51,841 bases of DNA from Candidatus Eiseniibacteriota bacterium (GTDB lineage: Bacteria; Eisenbacteria; RBG-16-71-46): the NCBI GenBank assembly GCA_036845125.1, contig DAIUEO010000005.1, positions 1-51,841 on the forward strand, given 5' to 3'. The notes beneath the pieces are model-generated. The model saw only the letters and a program-made list of their open reading frames with translations. It was not told the origin of the DNA and did no database searches. Shown one piece after another: positions 1-8,877 of this stretch. Position 1 is the first letter of the stretch, and each line of letters opens with the position of its first letter. A program made the translations under genes and the position numbers.

Positions 1-275
1 TCGCTCAGGATGAACCGTCCCTCCTCGGCGCTCTGGAAGTTGGCGGCGGCCTCCGGATCGGCCTTGAGACGCGCGCGATAGGCTTCGTACGCCGCGAGGC
101 TGTCGAAGGAGATGAGCCCGAACGCCACATCGTTCGTTCCTTCGTGCGGCATCCAGTAGCCCACCAGACGGCCCCCGCAGCGGGGAATGATCGAGAGCCA
201 CCGCTGCGCATAGGCCTCGAAGGCCTCGCGGCGGAAGGGATCGAGCCGGTAGCGGATGAACACGGTCACGCTCAT
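1..275 (-). CDS. NIPSNAP-like (dimeric alpha/beta-barrel) protein; the 3' end runs off the left edge of the window
   Basis: Absent from the ORF track because it is open to the window edge. The reverse-strand ATG (complement of 273-275) lies 4 nt downstream of AGGAGG (complement of 280-285). My translation is [80 protein letters not shown]..., which resembles NIPSNAP-type proteins. It is divergent from the ArsR gene. Confidence 0.55.
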   Translation of the reverse strand, partial: MSVTVFIRYRLDPFRREAFEAYAQRWLSIIPRCGGRLVGYWMPHEGTNDVAFGLISFDSLAAYEAYRARLKADPEAAANFQSAEEGRFILS

Positions 276-372
276 GGTGCCTCCTTTCGCGCCTCATGCT
301 GCGCGAAGGCGGCACCGGGATGCTTCGACCGCGATCGAAGGGTGGGCTCATGCGATCCGCTATCCTACCTCC

Positions 373-1059
373 ATGCTTCCACGACACCGACTGGCCGAGA
401 TCGCCTCCGTGCTCGGAGATCCGGGCCGCGCCGCGATGGTCACCTCGTTGTGGGATGGAAGGCTGCGCCCGGCGAGCGAGCTGGCCAAGCTCGCGGGGGT
501 GTCGGCGCCCACGGCGAGCAGCCACCTCGCACGCCTCGTGGCGACGGGTCTGCTCGCGGTCGAGCCGCGCGGCCGTCATCGCTACTACCGCCTGGCCGGA
601 CCGCGCGTCGCGCAGCTCCTCGAGGCTTTTGCGGACCTGATGCCGCCACGCGCCGCAACGGTCGCCGCTGGCGGCGCTGCGGAGCCGCTGCGCGCGGCAC
701 GCCTCTGCTACGACCACCTCGCGGGCTCGCTCGGCGTTTCCATCGCGGACGCTCTGCTCGACCGCCGTCTCATCGAATTCACGAACGGGGCGTTCGTGCT
801 GGCGGCCCGCGGCAGGAGCTGGTTCGAGCGCTTCGGCGTGGATGTCGCGTCGCTCGCGGCGCGGCGCAGGCCCATGCTGCGTGCCTGCCTCGACTGGACC
901 GAGCGGCGCGAGCACCTGGGCGGCGCCCTGGGCGCCGCACTCGCGGCCGAGCTGCTCGAGCGGGACTGGGTCCGCCGCGAACTCCGGTCGCGCGCGCTCC
1001 ACGTCACGACCGACGGCCGCCGAGGATTTCATCGCTCGCTGGGCATCCGGCTGCCGTGA
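373..1059 (+). CDS. ArsR-family winged-helix transcriptional regulator with an extended C-terminal domain
   Basis: ORF 256..1059. The HTH segment is LAEIASVLGDPGRAAMVTSLWDGRLRPASELAKLAGVSAPTASSHLARLVATGLLAVEPRGRHRYYRL. I prefer the internal ATG at 373 (MLPRHRLAEI...) because the 256 start would overlap the divergent NIPSNAP-like gene start. Confidence 0.75.
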   Translation: MLPRHRLAEIASVLGDPGRAAMVTSLWDGRLRPASELAKLAGVSAPTASSHLARLVATGLLAVEPRGRHRYYRLAGPRVAQLLEAFADLMPPRAATVAAGGAAEPLRAARLCYDHLAGSLGVSIADALLDRRLIEFTNGAFVLAARGRSWFERFGVDVASLAARRRPMLRACLDWTERREHLGGALGAALAAELLERDWVRRELRSRALHVTTDGRRGFHRSLGIRLP

Positions 1060-1066
1060 CGCACGG

Positions 1067-3265
1067 CTACCACGTGAGGGCGAAGCCCGCCACGATCATG
1101 CGGCGACTGAAGTAGGACAGCACCTCCTCGCGCGCGCTGTAGTCCTCGTTGTAGACGTACTCGAGCACGTTCGGCACCGCGAATACGTTGAGCGCCTCGG
1201 CGTAGAGCACGCTCACGCCGCTCGCCGGGAGCCCGAGTCCGGCCGGGAGGGAGAACAGCCGCGTCACGCGGAAATCGAAGCGGTGGTAGACCGGCATCGT
1301 CGCCGAGTAGTGGGGGCCTTCGACCGGATGCCAGATGCCGCGGGTCGAGTCGTAGGTCGCTCCGGTCACCGGCGTGTACGGCTGGCCGCTCGAGAGGCCG
1401 AACCGCCCGCCGAGCTGCCACATCCCGGGAAGCTGCACGGCGCCGACCAGCGTCAGCGAGTGACGCACGCCGTAGGGGGTCGGAGTCTCGGTCAGCGCGT
1501 CGCCTTCGCGACGGCGCGTGTCGAGGAACCCGTAAGACACCCAGCCGGTCCAGGGACCGGTGCGGGTGCGCGCGAACATGTCGATCCCGCGCGCATAACC
1601 GTGACCTTCGTTCGCGTAGTACGTATCCGACGACTGCGTGACGAGATCGTCGTAACGCTTGCGGTAGGCCTCGACACGCACGTTGGTTTCCTCACCCAGC
1701 CATTCGTAGCCGGCGATCCAGTGATCGGCTTCGAGCGGACCGAGGGACGGGTTGCCGTAGACCGGGTCCAGGTACCCGGGCTCGGCGGGCTGGTGGTAGC
1801 GGCCGGTGGCCACGCGGACCGTCTGGTGCGCGTCCACTCGCCACGCCAGCGCGGCGCGCGGATCGGCGGTCCAGGTGTCGGCGAGCGACACCCGATCGAA
1901 GCGCGCCCCGAGCGTCGCGTAGAGCGGGCCCCACAGCCGGATCTTGTCCTCGAGATAGGCGCCCGGGTTCTGGAGCCGCGGCCGGGTGTCGTGGAAACGC
2001 ACCGGGGCGCCGGGTGCGAGGTCGGTGCTGTCGGCGGGGAAGGTGCCGAGGAGATCGTCGGCGCGCCGCGCGAAGCGCAGGCCGGTCGCGATCTCGTGAC
2101 GCGGCGAGGCGGCCCAGGTCGCGTCGAGCTGCCCGGTGAGCCGCACCTCCTGCTGGTCCATCGCGGAAGCACCGAAGGTCCAGTCGGAGTCGTAGTGCTG
2201 GAGTGCCAGGTGACCGCGGAGCGCGACCGCGCGACCCAAAGCCTGCTGCCACTGGAGCGCGCCGAGCTGGCTCGACGTGCGCGAGGTGAACGTGCCCTCG
2301 TAGTTGAGCTGGTGCGCACTCACGGCAATCCGGTCACGCGCCCCCAGGTAGAGCAGCGACAACCGGCCGGTGGGTGCGTACTTCCAGAGCAGGCGCGCGG
2401 CGCCATCGGTGCTGCGCGGCGCCTGCATGAATTCGCGCGAGGATCCGTACATCTTGTCGAGCAGGGTGATGTCGCTCGCGCGGACCGCAGCGACGAGCGA
2501 CAGGCGGTCCGGAACGAGCGCCCATCCGGCCGAGACGCCGCCGCCGGTGAAGTTGGCGCCGACCGAGACGGTCCTGATGTTCATCGGATCCTGGGTCTCG
2601 ACATCGAGCACGCCGGAGAGGGCGCCGCCGTAGCGGGCGGAGAAGCCGCCGCTCGAGAAGAACGCGCTCTTCAGCATGTAGGTGTCGAGCGTCGAGAACA
2701 GGCCGCCCGAGGCGCCCTCGTAGTGATAGGGATGTCCGATCTCGCCGCCGTCGATGCGCACCACGGTCTCGTGGGGATCGCCGCCCCGAACGTAGAGCGC
2801 GGCGCCTTCGGTCGGCGCGTTGATGCCGGGCATGGTGCGCAGCGACTGCAGCATGTCGGCGGCGCCTCCCGGAGTGGTGTAGACGTCGAGCCTGCGAAGC
2901 GTGGGTCCTTCGCTCTTTCCCGCCTTGCCGAACGACGAAGCCGCGACCACCACCTCGCTCACGGGCAGCGGCTCCTCGCGGAGCACGATGCGGAGCGGCG
3001 CGAGGCCGGGAGCCGATGTCACGGCGAGACTCACCGCGTGGTAGCCGAGCTGGCTCACCTCGAGCGTGAACACGCCGTCGGGCAGCTCGAGGCTGAAGCT
3101 GCCGTCGGTGCCGGTGACGGCGCCGGTCCTGAGCGCCGCGACCCGCACGTTCGCGAGCTCGACCGGCTTCCCGGCGCCGTCCACCACGAGGCCCGTGATG
3201 CGCGCGGCGTGGGCCGTCGTCGCGGCCACGAGCAGCGCCGCGACGATCACCAGGGCGGACTTCAT
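1067..3265 (-). CDS. TonB-dependent outer-membrane receptor with an N-terminal carboxypeptidase-regulatory-like domain
   Basis: 732-aa ORF with signal peptide MKSALVIVAALLVAATTAHA. It has a CarboxypepD_reg-like start (ITGLVVDGAGKPVELANVRV..TDGSFSLELPDGVFTLEVSQLGY), a plug-like region and a long Gly/Tyr/Asp-rich barrel. The terminal aromatic residue (...AGFALTW) is typical of OM beta-barrels. Confidence 0.8.
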   Translation of the reverse strand: MKSALVIVAALLVAATTAHAARITGLVVDGAGKPVELANVRVAALRTGAVTGTDGSFSLELPDGVFTLEVSQLGYHAVSLAVTSAPGLAPLRIVLREEPLPVSEVVVAASSFGKAGKSEGPTLRRLDVYTTPGGAADMLQSLRTMPGINAPTEGAALYVRGGDPHETVVRIDGGEIGHPYHYEGASGGLFSTLDTYMLKSAFFSSGGFSARYGGALSGVLDVETQDPMNIRTVSVGANFTGGGVSAGWALVPDRLSLVAAVRASDITLLDKMYGSSREFMQAPRSTDGAARLLWKYAPTGRLSLLYLGARDRIAVSAHQLNYEGTFTSRTSSQLGALQWQQALGRAVALRGHLALQHYDSDWTFGASAMDQQEVRLTGQLDATWAASPRHEIATGLRFARRADDLLGTFPADSTDLAPGAPVRFHDTRPRLQNPGAYLEDKIRLWGPLYATLGARFDRVSLADTWTADPRAALAWRVDAHQTVRVATGRYHQPAEPGYLDPVYGNPSLGPLEADHWIAGYEWLGEETNVRVEAYRKRYDDLVTQSSDTYYANEGHGYARGIDMFARTRTGPWTGWVSYGFLDTRRREGDALTETPTPYGVRHSLTLVGAVQLPGMWQLGGRFGLSSGQPYTPVTGATYDSTRGIWHPVEGPHYSATMPVYHRFDFRVTRLFSLPAGLGLPASGVSVLYAEALNVFAVPNVLEYVYNEDYSAREEVLSYFSRRMIVAGFALTW

Positions 3266-4056
3266 GACTTCTCTTTCTTCTCCGCCTTGTCGAGCGCGGG
3301 CAGCAGCCCGTAGCGAACCCAGCCGTTCTGGGGATTGATCTCGAGCGCCTTCTGGTAATAGCCGCGCGCCTCGGCGGGCTTGTCGAGCTTGGCGGCGGCG
3401 CGTCCGGCCCAGGTGTAGGCGTCGTCGTAACCCCAGTCGATCGCCGTGCTGTCGGACGGCGCGGCCTTCGCGAACAGCGCGATGGCGCGCTCGAGCTGCG
3501 GCAACGCCTTCTTCGCTCCGCCACCGACGAACCCCGGCTTGTTCATGGTGTTGATGCCTTCCATGAGTGCGACGCGCGGGTTGTCGGGCGCCAGCGCACG
3601 GGCCTGGTTCTGGAGGTCCCCGATCTCATTGCCGACCGTCATGCCGCGCATCGGCGCGACCATGATCGAGAGCCCCATGACGCCGCTCTTGAGTGCGATG
3701 TATTCCGCGTTCTTCGGATCGGCGGCAATCGCCTGGTCCATGTGCTTGACGCCGTCGTCGCAGTAGCGGTCGGCCTGCTTCTTGTCCCGCATCATCATCC
3801 GCGGGATCAGTCGATAGTCGGAGTAGGCCACCCAGTAGTGGAGCAGTGGTGAGTCGGGATTGGCCGCCGACAGCGCCGCCAGCTGCTCGTGCGCGGCGAC
3901 CAGCGCCTCGACCGAGTCGTACTGGGCGGCGTAGGCGGTGGCGCGCGCCTCCGCGAGCACGGCGGGCTCCACGGCGCGCGCGGGAGCGGCCGCGAGGGTC
4001 ATTCCCGCGACGAGCGCGAGAACGGGACGCATGATCGACGCGAAGCGGGGTTTCAT
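3262..4056 (-). CDS. secreted TPR-like repeat protein
   Basis: 264 aa with signal peptide MKPRFASIMRPVLALVAGMTLAAAPARA. It is helical and Ala-rich, with a TPR-like C-terminus (AEARGYYQKALEINPQNGWVRYGL). ATGA overlaps on both sides (3262-3265 and 4053-4056) indicate an operon with the kinase and the receptor. Confidence 0.6.
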   Translation of the reverse strand: MKPRFASIMRPVLALVAGMTLAAAPARAVEPAVLAEARATAYAAQYDSVEALVAAHEQLAALSAANPDSPLLHYWVAYSDYRLIPRMMMRDKKQADRYCDDGVKHMDQAIAADPKNAEYIALKSGVMGLSIMVAPMRGMTVGNEIGDLQNQARALAPDNPRVALMEGINTMNKPGFVGGGAKKALPQLERAIALFAKAAPSDSTAIDWGYDDAYTWAGRAAAKLDKPAEARGYYQKALEINPQNGWVRYGLLPALDKAEKKEKS

Positions 4057-5171
4057 GGCATCTCCTCCAGTTTGGGGGTTGAGGTGAGGGGTGATGGAAG
4101 AACGGGCAGCGTGATCTCGACCCGCGTGCCGCCGCCCGCCCGGGTCCCGATCTTGAGCTGGTGGGGAGGACCGGCGCTGCGCAGCCGCTCGCGCACCGAG
4201 TGCAGGCCGAAGCCATTACCGGAGGGCTTCGATGCCGGATCGAAGCCGGGTCCGTCGTCCTCGATGACGATCAACAGGCGGTCGCCTTCGCGGCGGGCGA
4301 CGAGCGTGATCGTGCCGCCCGCGGCGCGGGCCCCGATCCCGTGACGTACGGCGTTCTCGATCACGGGCTGCAGCAGCAGGCTCGGCACGCCCAGGTTGCC
4401 GACCGCGCCCTCAATGCGCTCCTGGACCTGGAGCCGCGCGCCGAACCGCGCCCGCTCGATGGCCAGGTACGCACGCAGGAACTCGAGCTCCTCGTCGAGG
4501 CGGGTGTGCTCGCGCTCGGAGGCGCGCAGCGTGTAACGGAACACGTCGGCGAGCCGCACGATCGTGTCCTCCGCCTCGTCCGCGTGCTCACGCACGAGTG
4601 CGGCGATGGTGTTGAGGGCATTGAACAGGAAATGCGGCTGCACCTGGGCGCGCAGCGCCCGCAGCTCGGCCTCGGCCAGCTCGGCGCGCAGCCGCTCGAT
4701 GGCACGCGCCCGGTCGAGCGCGGTGCGGTGATAGCTGACCGCGCTGACCAACCCGCCGATCAGCGTGGTGAAGAGGAGCGCGAACATTCCGGAGATCGCC
4801 ACGGCGCGCGCCGAGCCGAGGAACCCGGGCATGAGAGTGAAATGGACGATCAGCGCGGCGGTATACGACGAGACGAGCGCGACGCCGAGGTAGTGCAACG
4901 GGATCATCCAGCCGCGGCCCGTGCCCGCGTAGTCGCGGCGCGGGAGGACGAAGCACTCGAGCAGCCACATCGCGAACCCGATGACGTAGGAGAAGACGAG
5001 CGCGACCGCGTAGGCGAGGGCGTAGCTCTGCAGGTCGCTGCCGAACAGCGTGCCGAAGAAGATGGCCGAGAGGATCGCCCACAGTGGGGCGCGCCACGCC
5101 ATGGTCCAGAGACGCTGAAGCGGGGTGCGCGGCTTGCGCGCGAGCGGGGAAGCGCTGTCGATCGGTGTCAT
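4053..5171 (-). CDS. LytS/YehU-type sensor histidine kinase (His_kinase PF06580-like plus HATPase_c)
   Basis: 372 aa with about five N-terminal TM helices. The diagnostic phosphoacceptor block is QVQPHFLFNALNTIAALV. The ATPase blocks are LLLQPVIENAVRHG, IVIEDDGPGF and GFGLHSVRERL. Confidence 0.85.
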   Translation of the reverse strand: MTPIDSASPLARKPRTPLQRLWTMAWRAPLWAILSAIFFGTLFGSDLQSYALAYAVALVFSYVIGFAMWLLECFVLPRRDYAGTGRGWMIPLHYLGVALVSSYTAALIVHFTLMPGFLGSARAVAISGMFALLFTTLIGGLVSAVSYHRTALDRARAIERLRAELAEAELRALRAQVQPHFLFNALNTIAALVREHADEAEDTIVRLADVFRYTLRASEREHTRLDEELEFLRAYLAIERARFGARLQVQERIEGAVGNLGVPSLLLQPVIENAVRHGIGARAAGGTITLVARREGDRLLIVIEDDGPGFDPASKPSGNGFGLHSVRERLRSAGPPHQLKIGTRAGGGTRVEITLPVLPSPLTSTPKLEEMP

Positions 5172-5216
5172 GCAGAGAGGTTACGGACAGTCCGCCGCGC
5201 TCGATATGGGCAGTCC

Positions 5217-5249
5217 GATGAACGGTCGTTCGGACCGGATGAACGGTCG
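5217..5249. promoter_or_regulatory. Two exact copies of GATGAACGGTCG with a 21-bp period; candidate LytTR/AlgR-type response-regulator site
   Basis: The copies are at 5217-5228 and 5238-5249. On the kinase coding strand they read CGACCGTTCATC twice, 46-78 nt upstream of the kinase ATG (5171). They sit in the divergent intergenic region 5172-5411. Confidence 0.4.
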
Positions 5250-5411
5250 CCGGGATGTCCGAAATGCACCCGGGCGGCCCTGGCTGGGCACACTGGCGAC
5301 AAACGCCGCCTCAGGCCCTACTCTCTCTGCCGACGTGCGTGAACATGTACCCGTCGTTCCATGACAAGGAGCTTGCCGGTGTTTAGGTCGTCCAGCCTTG
5401 GCACACTGTTA

Positions 5412-5873
5412 ATGCGGGTGGTTCTAATCGTCGTCATGAGCGGATGCGGGCGTGAAGCGCGACTGCCAACCGCCGCGGCTCCGCTCAGCGATCCAAGCCT
5501 CAGAGCAGGCGACCCGGGCGAACCGGTGATGGTGCGCGGCCGTGGGCGCCAGCACCTGCCACCGCAGGTGCTCATCGCCGAGGTGAAGGAAGCCCTGGGA
5601 GCGGTGCTTTCCGGCGAGCAGGTCTACTACCAGAAGTGGGCAACCTTCACGAATGTGCCGGGGACAGCCGACTTCCGCGGCGCTCTCGGAATCTATTTCG
5701 GCAGCCTGCTTCGTCGATGGGAATTCTCCGTCAGCGACGCGTCCGAGACTGGCTTCGTTGCCAAAGCCGAGGGGCGCGACGGCACGGACGCCAAAGGGAT
5801 CACCGTGACCCTCGCCTACGAGAGGGGAGAACCCATCTCGTGGAGCGTGGAGCGCCGAAGGCCCTCTCGTTGA
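5412..5873 (+). CDS. hypothetical lipoprotein
   Basis: ORF 5361..5873. The internal ATG at 5412 gives MRVVLIVVMSGC, a lipobox-like signal. The mature part (AEVKEALGAVLSGEQVYYQKWATFTN...FSVSDASETGFVAKAEG) loosely resembles the globular part of pilin-like proteins. Start and function are uncertain. Confidence 0.45.
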   Translation: MRVVLIVVMSGCGREARLPTAAAPLSDPSLRAGDPGEPVMVRGRGRQHLPPQVLIAEVKEALGAVLSGEQVYYQKWATFTNVPGTADFRGALGIYFGSLLRRWEFSVSDASETGFVAKAEGRDGTDAKGITVTLAYERGEPISWSVERRRPSR

Positions 5874-5903
5874 CGTTAGTAACTCAAGGCCGCTGACGAC
5901 CTG

Positions 5904-6371
5904 CTACTCCAGCTCGAATTCGTAGGTCAGGAATTCGTCGTCGCGCTTCCAGCCGGTCGATTCGTAGAGCTTCTGTGCCGCCAGGTTCGAGCGCGCGGTG
6001 GAGAGCGCCAGGCGGACCGCGCCTTCGGATCGCGCGTGCGCGATCGCCGCATCCAACAGCCGCCGCGCGGCGCCCCGGCGCCGACCGGCCTCGCTCACGA
6101 ACAAATCGTTGAGCACTAAAATGGGCCGGGCCGACACGGACGAGAAGCTCGGGTAGAGCTGCGTGAAGCCGACAGCGACATCGTCCACGAGCACCACAAA
6201 CACCACCGATTCGCCGCGCGTGAGCCGGGCCTCGAGGAATTCACGCGCCAGCTCGAGGTCGCCCGGACGGTCGTAGAACCGGCGGTAGGCGTCGAAGAGC
6301 GGCGCCAGCGCTTCGAGATCCGCGACGGTGGCGCGGCGGACGACCAGACTGGCAGCCGCGGACGGTGGCAT
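5904..6371 (-). CDS. GNAT-family N-acetyltransferase
   Basis: 155 aa with an acetyl-CoA binding block LFVSEAGRRRGAARRLLDAAIAHARSEGAVRLALST..N..AQKLYESTGW. Confidence 0.85.
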   Translation of the reverse strand: MPPSAAASLVVRRATVADLEALAPLFDAYRRFYDRPGDLELAREFLEARLTRGESVVFVVLVDDVAVGFTQLYPSFSSVSARPILVLNDLFVSEAGRRRGAARRLLDAAIAHARSEGAVRLALSTARSNLAAQKLYESTGWKRDDEFLTYEFELE

Positions 6372-6406
6372 GACGGCAATCTAGCTCACCTGCTACCCTG
6401 CGCCCC

Positions 6407-7360
6407 ATGCGAATCACGTCCGTGTTGTGCGTGTTGCTGGGACTGACCGTGCTCGGCTGCCAGAAGAAACCTGCGGAGCAATCGGGTTCGAAGACCGCCA
6501 CCGGCGCGCCCACTCTGGAAGAGCTGAAGAACACCGAGTACACCGGTTTCGAGGAGGTGTCACGCACCGTCCACCTGAGTGGAGGTGCCTGGGAGGGCGC
6601 GCCCTACGACTCGCGGAGCGAGGTTCGCCCGCACGTCATCTACGTGAAGGATATGAGGCTCGAGGGTGACCTCGACGGCAACGGCTCGCCCGAAGCGGTG
6701 GCGTTCCTGGCATTCGCGTCCGGCGGCTCCGGAGATCTCCTGCATATCGTCGTCCTCGACCGTCGACAGGGTGCCGTGATGCAGCGCGCGAACGCCATCG
6801 TGGGTGACCGCGTGCAGATTCGTGGCGCTCGAATCGAGGGAGCGAACATCGTCCTCGACCTGGTCGAAGCCGCCCCCGGCGATCCCGCCTGCTGCCCGGC
6901 CGAGTTGGTGACCCGCAGGTGGCAGCTCGAAGGCGACTCGCTGGTCGAGCGACCCTCCGGCATACCGCACACACGCCTGAGCCCGGAAGCGACGGATGGT
7001 GTCGACTGGAAGCTGAAGGAGTGGAATCTCGGTGAGCCGGCTCCCGAGGACCCCACGGTGACGCTCATCTATACCGCCGGGCGCTGGTCCGGGAATTCCG
7101 GATGCAATCGCTACGCCGCCTCGGTGTCGTCGGGAGAGAACCCGGGCGACGTCATCGTCGGCCCGTCGTTCGGAACACGCATGGCGTGCGAGCCCACAGC
7201 CGCCGCCATGGAGCGCCGCTTCCTCACCCAGCTCGGCGCGACGAAGCGGATCGGCTTCTACGCCGGCCGGCTCGCGCTGACCTACGCGATGGACGACAGC
7301 CTCGGCACCATGCTGTTCGAGCCGGCGCCCGCCGCCCCGGATACGACCGCAAGGCCGTGA
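6407..7360 (+). CDS. lipoprotein with a C-terminal META (HslJ-like) domain
   Basis: Lipobox MRITSVLCVLLGLTVLGC. META-like block: WKLKEWNLG...TLIYTAGRWSGNSGCNRYAASV...VGPSFGTRMACEP..AAMERRFLTQL...YAGRLALTY. Confidence 0.75.
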   Translation: MRITSVLCVLLGLTVLGCQKKPAEQSGSKTATGAPTLEELKNTEYTGFEEVSRTVHLSGGAWEGAPYDSRSEVRPHVIYVKDMRLEGDLDGNGSPEAVAFLAFASGGSGDLLHIVVLDRRQGAVMQRANAIVGDRVQIRGARIEGANIVLDLVEAAPGDPACCPAELVTRRWQLEGDSLVERPSGIPHTRLSPEATDGVDWKLKEWNLGEPAPEDPTVTLIYTAGRWSGNSGCNRYAASVSSGENPGDVIVGPSFGTRMACEPTAAAMERRFLTQLGATKRIGFYAGRLALTYAMDDSLGTMLFEPAPAAPDTTARP

Positions 7361-8877
7361 ACCCGAAGGTCGTCGAGGCGGCACGCGCCGCGTTTCCCGT
7401 CTCCACGAACGCGATCACGCTCGGGGCGGTGGTGCACGAGGGCGCGTGTCATCCCGAGCCGCTGATTTCCGCGCCGCTCGCGATGATGAACCGCCACGGC
7501 TTGATCGCCGGCGCCACCGGCACCGGCAAGACCCGCACGCTGCAGCTCCTCACCGAGCAGCTCTCCGCGCGCGGCGTTCCGGTGTTCATCTCGGACGTGA
7601 AGGGCGACCTCTCGGGAATCGGGTCGCCGGGGGAGATGGGCGATCGGGTGAAGCAGCGCGCGCAGGAGACCGGCTACGCGTGGAAGCCGTTCGCGGCGCC
7701 CGTCGAGTTCCTGAGCCTGAGCGGCAGGCGCGGCGCCCAGCTGCGCGCGACCGTGTCGTCGTTCGGCCCGCTGCTGCTGTCCAAGGTGCTCGGCCTCAAC
7801 GAGACCCAGACCAGCGTGCTCACGCTCGTGTTCAAGTACTGCGACGACCGCGGGCTCGCGCTGCTCGACTTCCCGGACCTGCGCGCAGTGTTGCAGTACC
7901 TGACCGGCGACGGCGCCGCGGAGCTCAAGGACTATGGCGGCATGTCGAAGCAGACCGTGGGCGTGCTGCTGCGCGAGATGGTGGAGCTCGAGCACCAGGG
8001 CGCCGAGGGTTTCTTCGGCGAGCCCCAGCTCGACCTCGCGGACCTCATGGTGGTCACATCCGAAGGCCGCGGGCTGGTGAGTGCGCTCGAGCTGTCCGAC
8101 GTCCAGGACAAGCCGGCGCTGTCGTCCACGTTCGTGATGTGGCTCCTCGCGCGGCTCTATGCCGAGCTGCCCGAGGTGGGGGATCTCGAGAAACCCAAGC
8201 TCGTGTTCTTCTTCGACGAGGCGCACCTGCTGTTCGACGGCGCCAGCAAGGAATTTCGCGCCGAAGTCGAGAAGATCGTGCGCCTCATTCGTTCCAAGGG
8301 TATTGGCGTGTTCTTCGTGACCCAGAACCCCAAGGACATTCCCGACGAGATCCTCGGCCAGCTCGGGCACCGGGTTCAGCACGCGCTCCGTGCCTTCACG
8401 CCCGATGACGACAAGGCCCTGCGCGCGGCGGCGCGCACGTACCCGAAGACCGAGTTCTACGACGTGGCGGCCACCCTGACCTCGCTCGGGATCGGCGAGG
8501 CGTTCGTCACCGTGCTCACCGAGCGCGGCACGCCCACGCCGCCCTTCGCGACGCGGATCGTGCCGCCGGCCTCGCGCATGGCGCCCATGGAGGAGACCGA
8601 GTTCGCGGCGCGCCTCGCGGCATCGGCGCAGGTTCGGGAGTACGCCACACCGCTCGATCGGGTGAGTGCGCGCGAGATCCTCGCCGGGCGCGAGCCGGCG
8701 GCAGTCGGCCCGGCCGGAGCGCCTGCGACCGCGCCCGCCGCGCCGAGGAGAGGTGCTCAGGAGCCGCCCAGCACCTTCGAGCAGATTCTGAAGTCGCCCA
8801 TGGCAAACACCATCATGCGCGGAGTTATGGGCGCCCTGCTCGGCACCGCCGTGCGCCGGCGCCGCCGCTACTTCTGA
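7357..8877 (+). CDS. HerA-like / DUF853 (YjgR-family) P-loop NTPase
   Basis: ORF 7102..8877. Walker A is GLIAGATGTGKTRTLQ and Walker B-like is KLVFFFDEAHLLF. I prefer GTG 7357, which overlaps the META gene stop (GTGA) and gives about 506 aa, the usual size for this family. The 7102 start would overlap the META gene by 259 nt. Confidence 0.8.
   Translation: MNPKVVEAARAAFPVSTNAITLGAVVHEGACHPEPLISAPLAMMNRHGLIAGATGTGKTRTLQLLTEQLSARGVPVFISDVKGDLSGIGSPGEMGDRVKQRAQETGYAWKPFAAPVEFLSLSGRRGAQLRATVSSFGPLLLSKVLGLNETQTSVLTLVFKYCDDRGLALLDFPDLRAVLQYLTGDGAAELKDYGGMSKQTVGVLLREMVELEHQGAEGFFGEPQLDLADLMVVTSEGRGLVSALELSDVQDKPALSSTFVMWLLARLYAELPEVGDLEKPKLVFFFDEAHLLFDGASKEFRAEVEKIVRLIRSKGIGVFFVTQNPKDIPDEILGQLGHRVQHALRAFTPDDDKALRAAARTYPKTEFYDVAATLTSLGIGEAFVTVLTERGTPTPPFATRIVPPASRMAPMEETEFAARLAASAQVREYATPLDRVSAREILAGREPAAVGPAGAPATAPAAPRRGAQEPPSTFEQILKSPMANTIMRGVMGALLGTAVRRRRRYF

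Noticed and set aside
842-3313. Very long ORFs antisense to, or out of frame with, the called genes. Examples: 842..3313 +, 2334..3524 -, 8868..10097 -, 13647..14891 -, 21041..22456 -, 23533..25077 -, 28179..29519 -, 29507..30652 -, 33788..35212 -, 44936..46366 - and 46842..48254 -.
   Set aside because: Their translations are Arg/Pro/Gly/Ala-rich and low-complexity, with no recognisable motifs. Each overlaps an ORF with clear family signatures, an RBS and a signal peptide. Such shadow ORFs are expected in ~70% GC DNA, where stop codons are rare.
5125-5364. A 79-aa ORF covering the kinase-upstream intergenic region; its translation contains MNGRSDRMNGRRD.
   Set aside because: The repeated peptide simply reflects the 21-bp DNA direct repeat. 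There is no RBS, and the ORF overlaps the kinase gene start. I interpret the region as regulatory DNA rather than coding.
7102-7356. The longest-ORF start of the DUF853 ATPase gene at 7102.
   Set aside because: It would overlap the META lipoprotein gene by 259 nt, and the extra residues are Arg/Pro-rich. GTG 7357 overlapping the upstream stop gives the family-typical length of about 506 aa.
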